Source: Flavobacteriales bacterium
GTDB lineage: Bacteria > Bacteroidota > Bacteroidia > JANQJC01
Assembly: GCA_028281825.1 (NCBI GenBank)
Contig: JANQJC010000078.1
Location: forward strand, 1,602-65,601
Reading direction: 5' to 3'
DNA: 64,000 bases
Below, piece after piece: positions 9,501-17,879 of the stretch. The notes under the pieces are model-generated. The model had not been told where the DNA came from and did no database searches. It saw only the letters and a program-made list of their open reading frames with translations. The first letter of the stretch is position 1. Every line of letters begins with the position of its first letter. The translations under genes were made by a program, and so were the position numbers.

Positions 9501-10444
9501 GCTTCGAGTAGAGAAATGAATTGCCCGTTGTTGATAACTGACCTTAAACCTTCATAGAATGGAGTTGGCTCCCTTTTCAGCAGGGTTCTCATCTTGCTTA
9601 CATCCGGCTGCCTTCGTGTCATGTCTCCTTCTTCCAGTGGAGGCAAGTGAGTAAGCTTTGATTTTGAGCCTGTTACCTCAATGATATGATTTGCAAGCTC
9701 AAGTATTGTAATTTCCTTGTCACCGCCAATGTTGACTACATCATTCACATACATGTCATCGTAAAAGGCATTTACGCAGGCTTGCACATTATCATCTACA
9801 TAGCAGAAGGTTCGTGTTTGGCTGCCGTCGCCATAAATGGTAATGTCTTGATTTTGTAAAGCCAGGTATATAAAACGCGAGATGACGAAATCTTTACTTT
9901 GCTTAGGGCCGTAGGTGTTAAAGAAACGGAAGATAGTATAATCCAGGTTGTACTCTTTCTTGTAGGAGCGGAGATAGGCCTCACCAACGTTTTTAACAAT
10001 AGCATAAGGTAACCTTGAGTTAAGTGGTGTAGTGTGTTCGTTCTGTGGGAATTCAACAGGTTCACCATATACTTCTGATGAGGAAGAATAGTATACCCTG
10101 CGTACACCAGTGTTTTTGCTCAGGTTAAGTATATTCTTGATGCCTGTGATATCATCTAATACTTTTACAGGGTTAGCGAGCGTTCTCTTCACACCAACTA
10201 ATGCCGCATAGTGAAATACGTAATCAAACGTGTAGGCGTAGAAAACAGAGGAAATGTCTGCAAAATCATTTACATCACACTTGATAAAGCGAATGTTGTT
10301 GTGCACAGGGCGGGGTAGTTTTCTAGTAAAACCGGTAAGCAGATTATCAACTATTACTACATAGTTATCCGGGTCTTCAGCCAATTTTTCAGCTAATGCA
10401 CTTCCAATAAAACCTGCACCTCCCGTTACCAGTATCTTTCTCAT
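9497..10444 (-). CDS. NAD-dependent nucleotide-sugar epimerase/dehydratase (extended SDR)
   Basis: GGAGFIG, SSSEVYG, YAIVK (YxxxK) and GDGSQTRTFCYVDD motifs. Confidence 0.92.
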   Translation of the reverse strand: MRKILVTGGAGFIGSALAEKLAEDPDNYVVIVDNLLTGFTRKLPRPVHNNIRFIKCDVNDFADISSVFYAYTFDYVFHYAALVGVKRTLANPVKVLDDITGIKNILNLSKNTGVRRVYYSSSSEVYGEPVEFPQNEHTTPLNSRLPYAIVKNVGEAYLRSYKKEYNLDYTIFRFFNTYGPKQSKDFVISRFIYLALQNQDITIYGDGSQTRTFCYVDDNVQACVNAFYDDMYVNDVVNIGGDKEITILELANHIIEVTGSKSKLTHLPPLEEGDMTRRQPDVSKMRTLLKREPTPFYEGLRSVINNGQFISLLEA

Positions 10445-10547
10445 CTATAGAGGATAAAAGATTAATTCTACTGCAAAACTACTAAATTTCCTTTCTGCAT
10501 TGCAGTTTTTGGAATTAACAAGCTAGTGCTGAAGGATTTGATAATGA

Positions 10548-11408
10548 TTACTTAATCAAACTTAAAAGGTATTCACCATAACCACTTTTCATCAATGGCT
10601 TGGCAAGCTCTTTCAATTGCTCGGTATTGATAAAGCCCTCCTGATAGGCGATTTCTTCAATACAGCCAATCTTGAGGCCTTGCCTTTCTTCAATCACCTG
10701 TACAAATTGAGAGGCTTGCATCAATGAATTGAAAGTTCCAGTATCCAGCCATGCCGTACCACGGCTGAGCACGGCTACCTGCAGTTTTCCTTCGGCCAGG
10801 TAGTGCTTATTCACGTCAGTTATCTCATATTCACCGCGAGTACTTGGTTGGAGGTTCTTGGCTATTTCAATCACTGAGTTATCATACAGATACAAGCCGG
10901 GTACCGCAAAGTTAGACTTAGGTTGGCTTGGTTTTTCCTCGATGGAAACGGCTACCTTATCCCTATCAAACTCCACCACGCCATAGCGCTGTGGGTCGCT
11001 CACGTGATAAGCAAACACCACTCCACCATCGGGGTTGTTGTTGTCCTTCATCAGTCTGTCGATATCGTTTCCGTAAAAGATATTATCGCCAAGGATAAGC
11101 GCTACTTTATCATTACCTATAAACTCTTCACCAATTACGAAGGCTTGTGCCAGTCCATTAGGTTCTTCCTGCACGGCATACGAAAACTTACACCCAAGTT
11201 TTGAGCCATCACCCAATAGTTTTTCAAAATTGGGCAGGTCATGTGGAGTTGAAATAATCAATATTTCATTGATGCCACCCATCATAAGTACTGATAAGGG
11301 GTAATATATCATGGGTTTATCATAAACAGGCATCATTTGCTTGCTCATGGCAACGGTAAGAGGGTGTAAACGGGTTCCGGAGCCTCCGGCCAAAATTATT
11401 CCCTTCAT
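10548..11408 (-). CDS. rfbA: Glucose-1-phosphate thymidylyltransferase
   Basis: [30 protein letters not shown] and WLDTGT motifs. Confidence 0.97.
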   Translation of the reverse strand: MKGIILAGGSGTRLHPLTVAMSKQMMPVYDKPMIYYPLSVLMMGGINEILIISTPHDLPNFEKLLGDGSKLGCKFSYAVQEEPNGLAQAFVIGEEFIGNDKVALILGDNIFYGNDIDRLMKDNNNPDGGVVFAYHVSDPQRYGVVEFDRDKVAVSIEEKPSQPKSNFAVPGLYLYDNSVIEIAKNLQPSTRGEYEITDVNKHYLAEGKLQVAVLSRGTAWLDTGTFNSLMQASQFVQVIEERQGLKIGCIEEIAYQEGFINTEQLKELAKPLMKSGYGEYLLSLIK

Positions 11409-13813
11409 AAGTTATCGGGGTTTTCGGTTGGTTCTGTCTTTACTTCAAGATTATCTAACTCAATGTCTTCTTCTTCATCAAATATCTCAAGATAAGGTTC
11501 TTTAAACGCTTTAGTGGTTAAGATTTTTTCAAGAGACAGTATCAGTGAAGGCAAAATTATAAGATTGGAGAACATGGCTACAAAAAGTGTGATGGCGGTT
11601 AATAGCCCTAGTGCTACTGTGCCGCCAAAAGTGGACATAGTGAAAATGAAAAAGCCACAGAATAATACTATTGAGGTGTATATCATGCTCACGCCTACTT
11701 CTTTTAGGGCCAAGATAACCGCTGTTCTGATGTTCCAGCTGTAGCTCTTCAATTCCTGCCGATACTTGGCCAAAAAGTGAATGGTATCATCCACAGAAAT
11801 ACCAAAAGCGATACTAAACACCAAGATGGTTGAGGTTTTGATTGGGATGCCAAAATAACCCATCAGCGCTGCGGTGATTATTAATGGAATGATGTTTGGC
11901 AAGAGCGAAACAGCCACCATCCTGAAGGAGGAGAACATGAAGGCCATTATTATAGAAATGATAACTATTGCCAAGGCCAAACTCACTACTAAGTTTTTAA
12001 TGAGGTAGTCGTTGCTTTTTAAGAAGACCACACTGGTGCCCGTAAGAGTCACATCGTAATCTTCGGGAGAGAAAATGGAGTCTATTTTTGGAGCGATATC
12101 TGCTTTGAGGTCCCTGAGTTCGTTAGTCCCGATATCTTCTATGTAAGAGCTTACCCGGGTGATTTGCTTATTGCTATCCAGAAATGAACGCAGCAGGTTG
12201 TCGTTACCATCACCGCTGGGCACATAATCAAGGATAAAAGACCTTTCGCGGCTGGATGGCAAGTCATACTTGCTGGTTTTCCCATAGTAGAAAGCCTGGC
12301 GGGAATACTTCAATACTTCAACAATGGATATAGGCCTAGAGAATTGTGGGTATTCAGCCAATAAGCCTTGCAGTTTGTCTATCCTTTTTATGGTGGCTGT
12401 GCTGATAACCTTGCCTTTCTTTTTGGTGTCAATTTCTATCTCAAAAGGCATTACCCCATTAAAGTGTTTCTCAAAAAATTTGAGGTCTAAATACAGAGGG
12501 TCATTTTTTGGCAGGTCGTCTACGATATTACCTGTTGATACCATTTTGGAAATACCTATGCCGCCGAATACCAGCAGTACAACAGTAGAAACATATACCC
12601 ACGGCCTGTATGAAGTAACGATGAGGACAAGTTTGTTAACGATGTTTTGGATGAACTTTCTATCCAGGTGTTTCACGTGTTTCTCAGACGGAGGAGCCAA
12701 CATGCTGAAAATGATAGGTATCAGCAGAATAGACAGCACAAATACTGAAAGTATACTTAGTGATGCTATGACGCCAAACTCTTTGACAATCTGACTTTCA
12801 ATCAGTATAAAAGCGGCAAAACCAGAGGCTGTAGTTACATTGGTAAGCAAAATGGCATTACCCACTTTTTTAATGCTCTTGGTGAGAGCCCTGGCCTGTC
12901 CACCATGGCGTTTAATCTCAGACTGGTATTTATTGAGGAAAAAGATACAATTGGGGATGCCAATGATGATGATTAAAGGAGGGATGAGACCATTAAGCAC
13001 CGTTAGCTTATAACCCAGCATGCCAATTAGGCCAAAACACCAGGTAACGCCGAAAGCCACCACCAGCATGGAGAACATTACCACTTTAAATGAGCGGAAG
13101 AAGAAATAAAGGATGATGGCAGTAGCCAGTGCTGCAAAGGCAATAAATTCCACCAATTCACCTGACACCAGCATAGATATCTTACTGCGGATAAAAGGCA
13201 GCCCAGAGTAGTGAAGGTCAAGACCATACTTTTCACTGTATAGATTGCCTATCTCCTGTATTTTCACAACGAGATGGTTGCGTTTTTTGGTGTCCAGAAC
13301 TTCATCACTCACGGTGATGCCCATAAGGGTCACGTCATTCTTTTCATTGAAAAGGACTCCTTCATAAAAAGGCAGCCCATAGATGGCGTTTTTAATACTA
13401 TCCAACTCCGATTGGGTGGTCGGCTTTGAGTCCAGTAGCCTCACGAATTGGAATTTTTTAAGGCTGTCATCACGAGTGAGGTTGTACATCCTCGCGACTG
13501 AAACAACTTCGTCTACACCGTCAAGCTGGAGGAACTCTTCCCCCAAGTCATACCAGGCATTGAATTTTTCGAGTTGGAAAAGATTACTGTCTTGCAAGCC
13601 AATCATCAGCACGTTGCCGTCTTCACCAAAGCGGTCTATAAACTGCTCATATTCAATGTAAGTGCTATCTGTGGCAGGCAGCATTTGCGCAAAATCGTAG
13701 CGAATTTGAACCCTGCGGGCATTCCATGCCATCAACACTGTTATAGTGCCAATAACTGCAAGAATTGCAAATCTTTTGCGAAGGATAAAGCTGGCTATTT
13801 TTTCCCAGATCAA
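11405..13813 (-). CDS. MMPL/RND family transporter
   Basis: Two repeats of periplasmic domain plus TM bundle; GISVDDTIH motif. Confidence 0.88.
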   Translation of the reverse strand: MIWEKIASFILRKRFAILAVIGTITVLMAWNARRVQIRYDFAQMLPATDSTYIEYEQFIDRFGEDGNVLMIGLQDSNLFQLEKFNAWYDLGEEFLQLDGVDEVVSVARMYNLTRDDSLKKFQFVRLLDSKPTTQSELDSIKNAIYGLPFYEGVLFNEKNDVTLMGITVSDEVLDTKKRNHLVVKIQEIGNLYSEKYGLDLHYSGLPFIRSKISMLVSGELVEFIAFAALATAIILYFFFRSFKVVMFSMLVVAFGVTWCFGLIGMLGYKLTVLNGLIPPLIIIIGIPNCIFFLNKYQSEIKRHGGQARALTKSIKKVGNAILLTNVTTASGFAAFILIESQIVKEFGVIASLSILSVFVLSILLIPIIFSMLAPPSEKHVKHLDRKFIQNIVNKLVLIVTSYRPWVYVSTVVLLVFGGIGISKMVSTGNIVDDLPKNDPLYLDLKFFEKHFNGVMPFEIEIDTKKKGKVISTATIKRIDKLQGLLAEYPQFSRPISIVEVLKYSRQAFYYGKTSKYDLPSSRERSFILDYVPSGDGNDNLLRSFLDSNKQITRVSSYIEDIGTNELRDLKADIAPKIDSIFSPEDYDVTLTGTSVVFLKSNDYLIKNLVVSLALAIVIISIIMAFMFSSFRMVAVSLLPNIIPLIITAALMGYFGIPIKTSTILVFSIAFGISVDDTIHFLAKYRQELKSYSWNIRTAVILALKEVGVSMIYTSIVLFCGFFIFTMSTFGGTVALGLLTAITLFVAMFSNLIILPSLILSLEKILTTKAFKEPYLEIFDEEEDIELDNLEVKTEPTENPDNL

Positions 13814-13903
13814 AACGTTGGTTTTATAGCTTTTTCAGGCTGTTTACCTGCCAATTAATAAGCAAGCGAAAGTAGAAACAATAATCGTAATAAGAAACCC
13901 AAC

Positions 13904-13935
13904 TTTGATTTAAAAGTTCGTACCTGTTACATTTG
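13904..13935 (+). promoter_or_regulatory. Bacteroidota sigma-A promoter
   Basis: TTTG (13904-13907), 20-nt spacer, TACATTTG (13928-13935), upstream of the ATG at 13979. Confidence 0.75.
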
Positions 13936-13978
13936 GCACAAAATTTGGCTAGGCATAGTCAAATGAATAGACTTAGAC

Positions 13979-15148
13979 ATGAAACAATATATACTACTTA
14001 TACTTTGCACAGCGGCATTGGCTTCGTGCGTTACACCCAAAAAGCTTTACCAAAAGGACCGGTATGATGATGCCGTAACGGCCTTAAGTAAAAAGCTAAA
14101 GAAAAAACCCAACAAACAGAAAAACATTATACTGATACAGAGAGCTTACAAAAAAGCTACTGAAGCAGATATGGAGGCGATTGCCTTTTTGAAAAAAGAA
14201 GGAAGGCCTGAAGATTATGAGGAGATCTTTAACATTTATGAAAAAATAAGACGTAGGCAGGGCAGGGTAAAAAGGCTTCCACAATTAGTTGACCAAAAGA
14301 CAAGGAGTGTTATCTACTTTGAATACATCAATGTGGATGGAGAGTTGTTTCACTACAAGCAAAAAACAGCGGAGTATACTTATGCCAGGGCAGTAAAGAC
14401 CTTAGAGGCTGGTGGACGCGATAATGCACGTTCAGCTTATAATGACTTTAAACAAGTGAAGGCCTATTACAGCGACTTTAAGGATGTGGATGCCATGCTT
14501 AATAAATCGTGGAACGCAGGTTTGTCTCATGTGCTGTTTGGTATTGAGAACAATAGTAGGGTCATTTTGCCCAGGGAATTTGACAATGAAATAAAAAGCA
14601 TTGCTGTGAGTGACTTGAACCAGGGGTGGGTGCATATTGATGTGAACTCCGTGAGTGGCAAGCGCTATGATTTTAACGTAGTATTGAATATTACCCAGAT
14701 TGACGTTGCACCTGAAAGGGTGAAAGAAGTGCGTTACACTGAAGTGCGAGAAGTAGAAGATGGCTGGGTGTATAAAAAAGACAAGAAGGGTAATGTGCTG
14801 AAAGACTCATTGGGCAATGACATAAAAGTGCCCAAAATAGTAAGAATCGAATGCGATGTGATAGAAACAATTCAACAGAAAGCTGCGATGGTGAGTGGCA
14901 GGCTAGAGATAACCAATAACGCTACCGGGCAATTGGTGCAGACCATACCTGTGAGGGCAGATAGTCATTTTGAGTACGTGTCGTTGGCGGCATTTGGTAA
15001 TCTGAATGCCCTAACCAAAGAGAAAAGGAGAATGATTGGGCGCCCAGTACCTTTTCCTGATGACTTTGAGATGTTGCTGATGTGCTCTGAAGACTTTAAG
15101 CGGAATGCGAAGAAAGCCATAAGTGACAACTACTTTTATATGGATTAG
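13979..15148 (+). CDS. Lipoprotein, helical-repeat N-terminus, unknown function
   Basis: Lipobox LASC; TPR-like helices followed by a beta-rich C-terminal half. Confidence 0.75.
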   Translation: MKQYILLILCTAALASCVTPKKLYQKDRYDDAVTALSKKLKKKPNKQKNIILIQRAYKKATEADMEAIAFLKKEGRPEDYEEIFNIYEKIRRRQGRVKRLPQLVDQKTRSVIYFEYINVDGELFHYKQKTAEYTYARAVKTLEAGGRDNARSAYNDFKQVKAYYSDFKDVDAMLNKSWNAGLSHVLFGIENNSRVILPREFDNEIKSIAVSDLNQGWVHIDVNSVSGKRYDFNVVLNITQIDVAPERVKEVRYTEVREVEDGWVYKKDKKGNVLKDSLGNDIKVPKIVRIECDVIETIQQKAAMVSGRLEITNNATGQLVQTIPVRADSHFEYVSLAAFGNLNALTKEKRRMIGRPVPFPDDFEMLLMCSEDFKRNAKKAISDNYFYMD

Positions 15149-15309
15149 TTACCGTTAACAATTTTTAAGATTCAGCTTAAATAGTTGAAGAGCAAGGCGA
15201 TTCGATAAAAAACACCGTATTGTTTGTGGAATTGTAGGACTGCGTGCATCTACCTTTTGTAATGCAATCGAAAAATTCATAAATTAGTCCTACTAAAAAC
15301 ACTACGATT

Positions 15310-16908
15310 ATGAAGAAAATCTATCTCGCACTGTGTACGGTTTTAACTACAGGTATAGCTTCGCAATCATTTGCTCAATCACACATTAATGGAGAGCATT
15401 TGGATGTTAACAACATCAAGGCAAAAGTAAACTCGAATGGCCACCTTTTCAATTATGTATTGAATAATTGGAAGAGTGAACCCAGCTTTGAAATCAAAGA
15501 TACGGATGGTAAGCACACTATTCATGCTGCTTCTTTTTGGATTGGCGGGGTGGATGAATCCAACAAATATCACTTGAGCGCACCAACCTTTATGCTTCAG
15601 GGATTTGATATGTTCCAGGGGCCAATGATGTATTCACAATACTACAGCGCTGAAGAAGATGAGCAGTGGAACCGCGTGTGGAAAGTGAACAAGGAGCAGA
15701 TAGATAAGCACATTGAGCATTATGCCGAAACGGGCTATGTGATGGACGAAGTGATTAAGAACTGGCCTGCGCATGGTGATTTAGTGAAAGGCCAGTCGCC
15801 TAATTTGGCTCCGTTTGTGGATATTAACGCCAATGGCACTTATGACCCTGAGAATGGTGATTATCCATCTATCAAGGGTGACCAGGCCATTCTTTTCATT
15901 TATAACGATGCGAGGGCAAGCCACAGCAGTTCAGGGGCTTTGCAAATGGGTGTTGAAGTAGTGGGTATGGCTTATGCTTTTAACCGCCCCGATGATGAGA
16001 CTTACAACAACATGGTGTTTACGGAATACACTATCATCAACCGCAGTGGTATCAATTATAAGGATGTGAAATTGGGCATTTGGACGGATACTGACCTGGG
16101 GCGCTATGAGGATGACTATATCGGTAGTGACGTGAAGCGCAACAGCTATTTTGGTTATAACTCACAGAAAGAGACTACGAAGGAGATATTTGGCACTGTG
16201 GAAACTCCATTCCAATCAGTCACGCTATTGAGCGAGGATATGGACGGTTTTATTTCATGGGACAATAACTTTAGTGTGAAAGGAGACCCAAGATTTGTAG
16301 TGGATTATTACAGTTACCTTAACCTGAAGTGGAAAGATGGCAGCCCACTTACCAAAGGTGAGTATGGCAAAGGAGGCACAACTGATGCCAGGTATATGTA
16401 TGACGGGAATCCAATCAAGGGCAAGGGTTGGAATGAATTGAGTGAAGACCACCAACCTGCCGACCGCAGGGGGTTGGCTACTACCAAAACATTTAACCTG
16501 GAAGATGGCGGCATGAAGAAGCTGGCAGTGGCCTACAACTTCTCTACAGGGTACAAAGAGATGTTGAAGAACATTGACAAGGCTAGCCGCCAATACAAAC
16601 GCCAAGCAGGGCCATTTGCTCCTGAAGCACAAGTATTTGCCAATAGCGAAGGCAGTAGTATGAAGCCAATGGATATGATGGTATTCCCTAACCCGATGAG
16701 AGACCATGCTACCATTGCTTTTGACAACCCAGACAATGAAAGGTTTAGTGTGATTGTTTATGACCTGATGGGCAAGCAAGTAATGAGGGAAGAAGGCTTA
16801 AGCGGCATACAATACCAAATCACGGATGAGAAGCTGGAAAGCGGCATCTATGTGGTGGAGTTGGTATTTGAAACAAGAAGGAACAGCGCCAAATTGGTGG
16901 TGCAATAA
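15310..16908 (+). CDS. T9SS type A sorting domain-containing secreted protein
   Basis: Signal peptide; C-terminal CTD (VFPNP...YDLMGKQV...LESGIYVV...KLVVQ). Confidence 0.88.
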   Translation: MKKIYLALCTVLTTGIASQSFAQSHINGEHLDVNNIKAKVNSNGHLFNYVLNNWKSEPSFEIKDTDGKHTIHAASFWIGGVDESNKYHLSAPTFMLQGFDMFQGPMMYSQYYSAEEDEQWNRVWKVNKEQIDKHIEHYAETGYVMDEVIKNWPAHGDLVKGQSPNLAPFVDINANGTYDPENGDYPSIKGDQAILFIYNDARASHSSSGALQMGVEVVGMAYAFNRPDDETYNNMVFTEYTIINRSGINYKDVKLGIWTDTDLGRYEDDYIGSDVKRNSYFGYNSQKETTKEIFGTVETPFQSVTLLSEDMDGFISWDNNFSVKGDPRFVVDYYSYLNLKWKDGSPLTKGEYGKGGTTDARYMYDGNPIKGKGWNELSEDHQPADRRGLATTKTFNLEDGGMKKLAVAYNFSTGYKEMLKNIDKASRQYKRQAGPFAPEAQVFANSEGSSMKPMDMMVFPNPMRDHATIAFDNPDNERFSVIVYDLMGKQVMREEGLSGIQYQITDEKLESGIYVVELVFETRRNSAKLVVQ

Positions 16909-16936
16909 ACGTTATCTCAACCCTAACGTTGAAAAG

Positions 16937-16967
16937 AAGGGGCGGCTTGATTTTCAAGCCGCCCCTT
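16937..16967. terminator. Bidirectional intrinsic terminator hairpin
   Basis: Perfect 14-bp stem AAGGGGCGGCTTGA/TCAAGCCGCCCCTT between convergent genes. Confidence 0.85.
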
Positions 16968-16970
16968 TGG

Positions 16971-17255
16971 TTATTTTTCCCGAACAAGAAGGTAGGTGTA
17001 AACTTGGGTCTCTTTTTCAAAATCAAAAACTTCCCAACCTTCTTCTGTTAAAGTGTTAATAGCTTCGAGTACATACTGAACACCTCTATCTGGTATAGTT
17101 ACTTTTTCTTCTGCAGTTTTAGCTTTGTTGGCAACATAAAACTTGGCATTTTCCAAATAGGTAATAATCATATACTCTTTAGGGCCACCGGCAAAGCTAT
17201 TAGTGCTGAAGGCAAGCAAGCCCATTAAAAGAGCGACAGTCAATAATCTTTTCAT
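16971..17255 (-). CDS. Small secreted protein, DUF4177-like (paralog A)
   Basis: Signal peptide; INTLTEEGWEV motif resembling the LNxLGxxGWELV signature. Confidence 0.65.
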   Translation of the reverse strand: MKRLLTVALLMGLLAFSTNSFAGGPKEYMIITYLENAKFYVANKAKTAEEKVTIPDRGVQYVLEAINTLTEEGWEVFDFEKETQVYTYLLVREK

Positions 17256-17267
17256 TGTGTTGTAATT

Positions 17268-17417
17268 TTTGGTTTGCTACCAAATATAGTGCTTCTTACA
17301 CCCCCTCAATGTTAGTCCTTCGAAATAGAGGTTTTTTACTTTTCCCTCTAGGAGAAAGTGGCAATACTGAATGAGGTGAGACAGAATTTGTGGGGGTTTT
17401 TGTTTTACAACACAAAA
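17268..17417. repeat. ~150-bp duplicated upstream element, copy 1
   Basis: Aligns by eye at roughly 80-85% with 17729-17879; contains TATATTTG (minus strand, 17281-17288) and an inverted-repeat-bounded core at 17298-17399. Confidence 0.92.
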
Positions 17418-17420
17418 AAT

Positions 17421-17717
17421 CTACTCTTCTTCTTCAAATTCCAAAACGTATACGAAGGTGTTATCAGCGCATGTCATGTTTTCAAGTTCCCAGCCTTCTT
17501 TGGCTAATTCATTCAGTTTTTTAGTCACCTGGTTAATGCCTTCTTCATAACTGTTGTCCAACTTTATTTTTTCCATCCCACCTTCTGCATAGCAGATGAA
17601 ATAATGGCGGTTGGTCCAATTATGGATAAGAGTCATGTACTTGGGGTTATCCGCAAATCCGCTGGCAGTGAAAAGAAAAAGACCTAAAAAGAATGTAGCT
17701 GTGAGTAATTTTTTCAT
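17421..17717 (-). CDS. Small secreted protein, DUF4177-like (paralog B); start refined to ATG 17717
   Basis: MKKLLTATFFLGLF signal peptide; LNELAKEGWEL motif. Confidence 0.7.
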   Translation of the reverse strand: MKKLLTATFFLGLFLFTASGFADNPKYMTLIHNWTNRHYFICYAEGGMEKIKLDNSYEEGINQVTKKLNELAKEGWELENMTCADNTFVYVLEFEEEE

Positions 17718-17728
17718 GAGATTGTGAA

Positions 17729-17879
17729 TTTGGTTTGATACCAAATATAGTACTTCTTACACCCCCTCAATGTTAGACGTTCGAAATAAAGCTTTCTGCT
17801 GTTCCCCTCGAGGGGAACAGTGGAGATACTGAATGTGGATAGACAGAATTTGCGGGGGTGTTTGTCTTACAGCACAAAA
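17729..17879. repeat. ~150-bp duplicated upstream element, copy 2
   Basis: Contains TATATTTG (minus strand, 17742-17749), 12-bp inverted repeats at 17759-17770/17850-17861 and a perfect 22-bp palindrome at 17799-17820. Confidence 0.92.

Noticed and set aside
17268-17879. Integron attC cassette array
   Set aside because: A GTTAGAC/GTCTAAC core-like motif exists in copy 2 but is degenerate in copy 1. There is no paired R''/R' and L-box arrangement, no integrase, and each repeat carries a promoter for the following gene.
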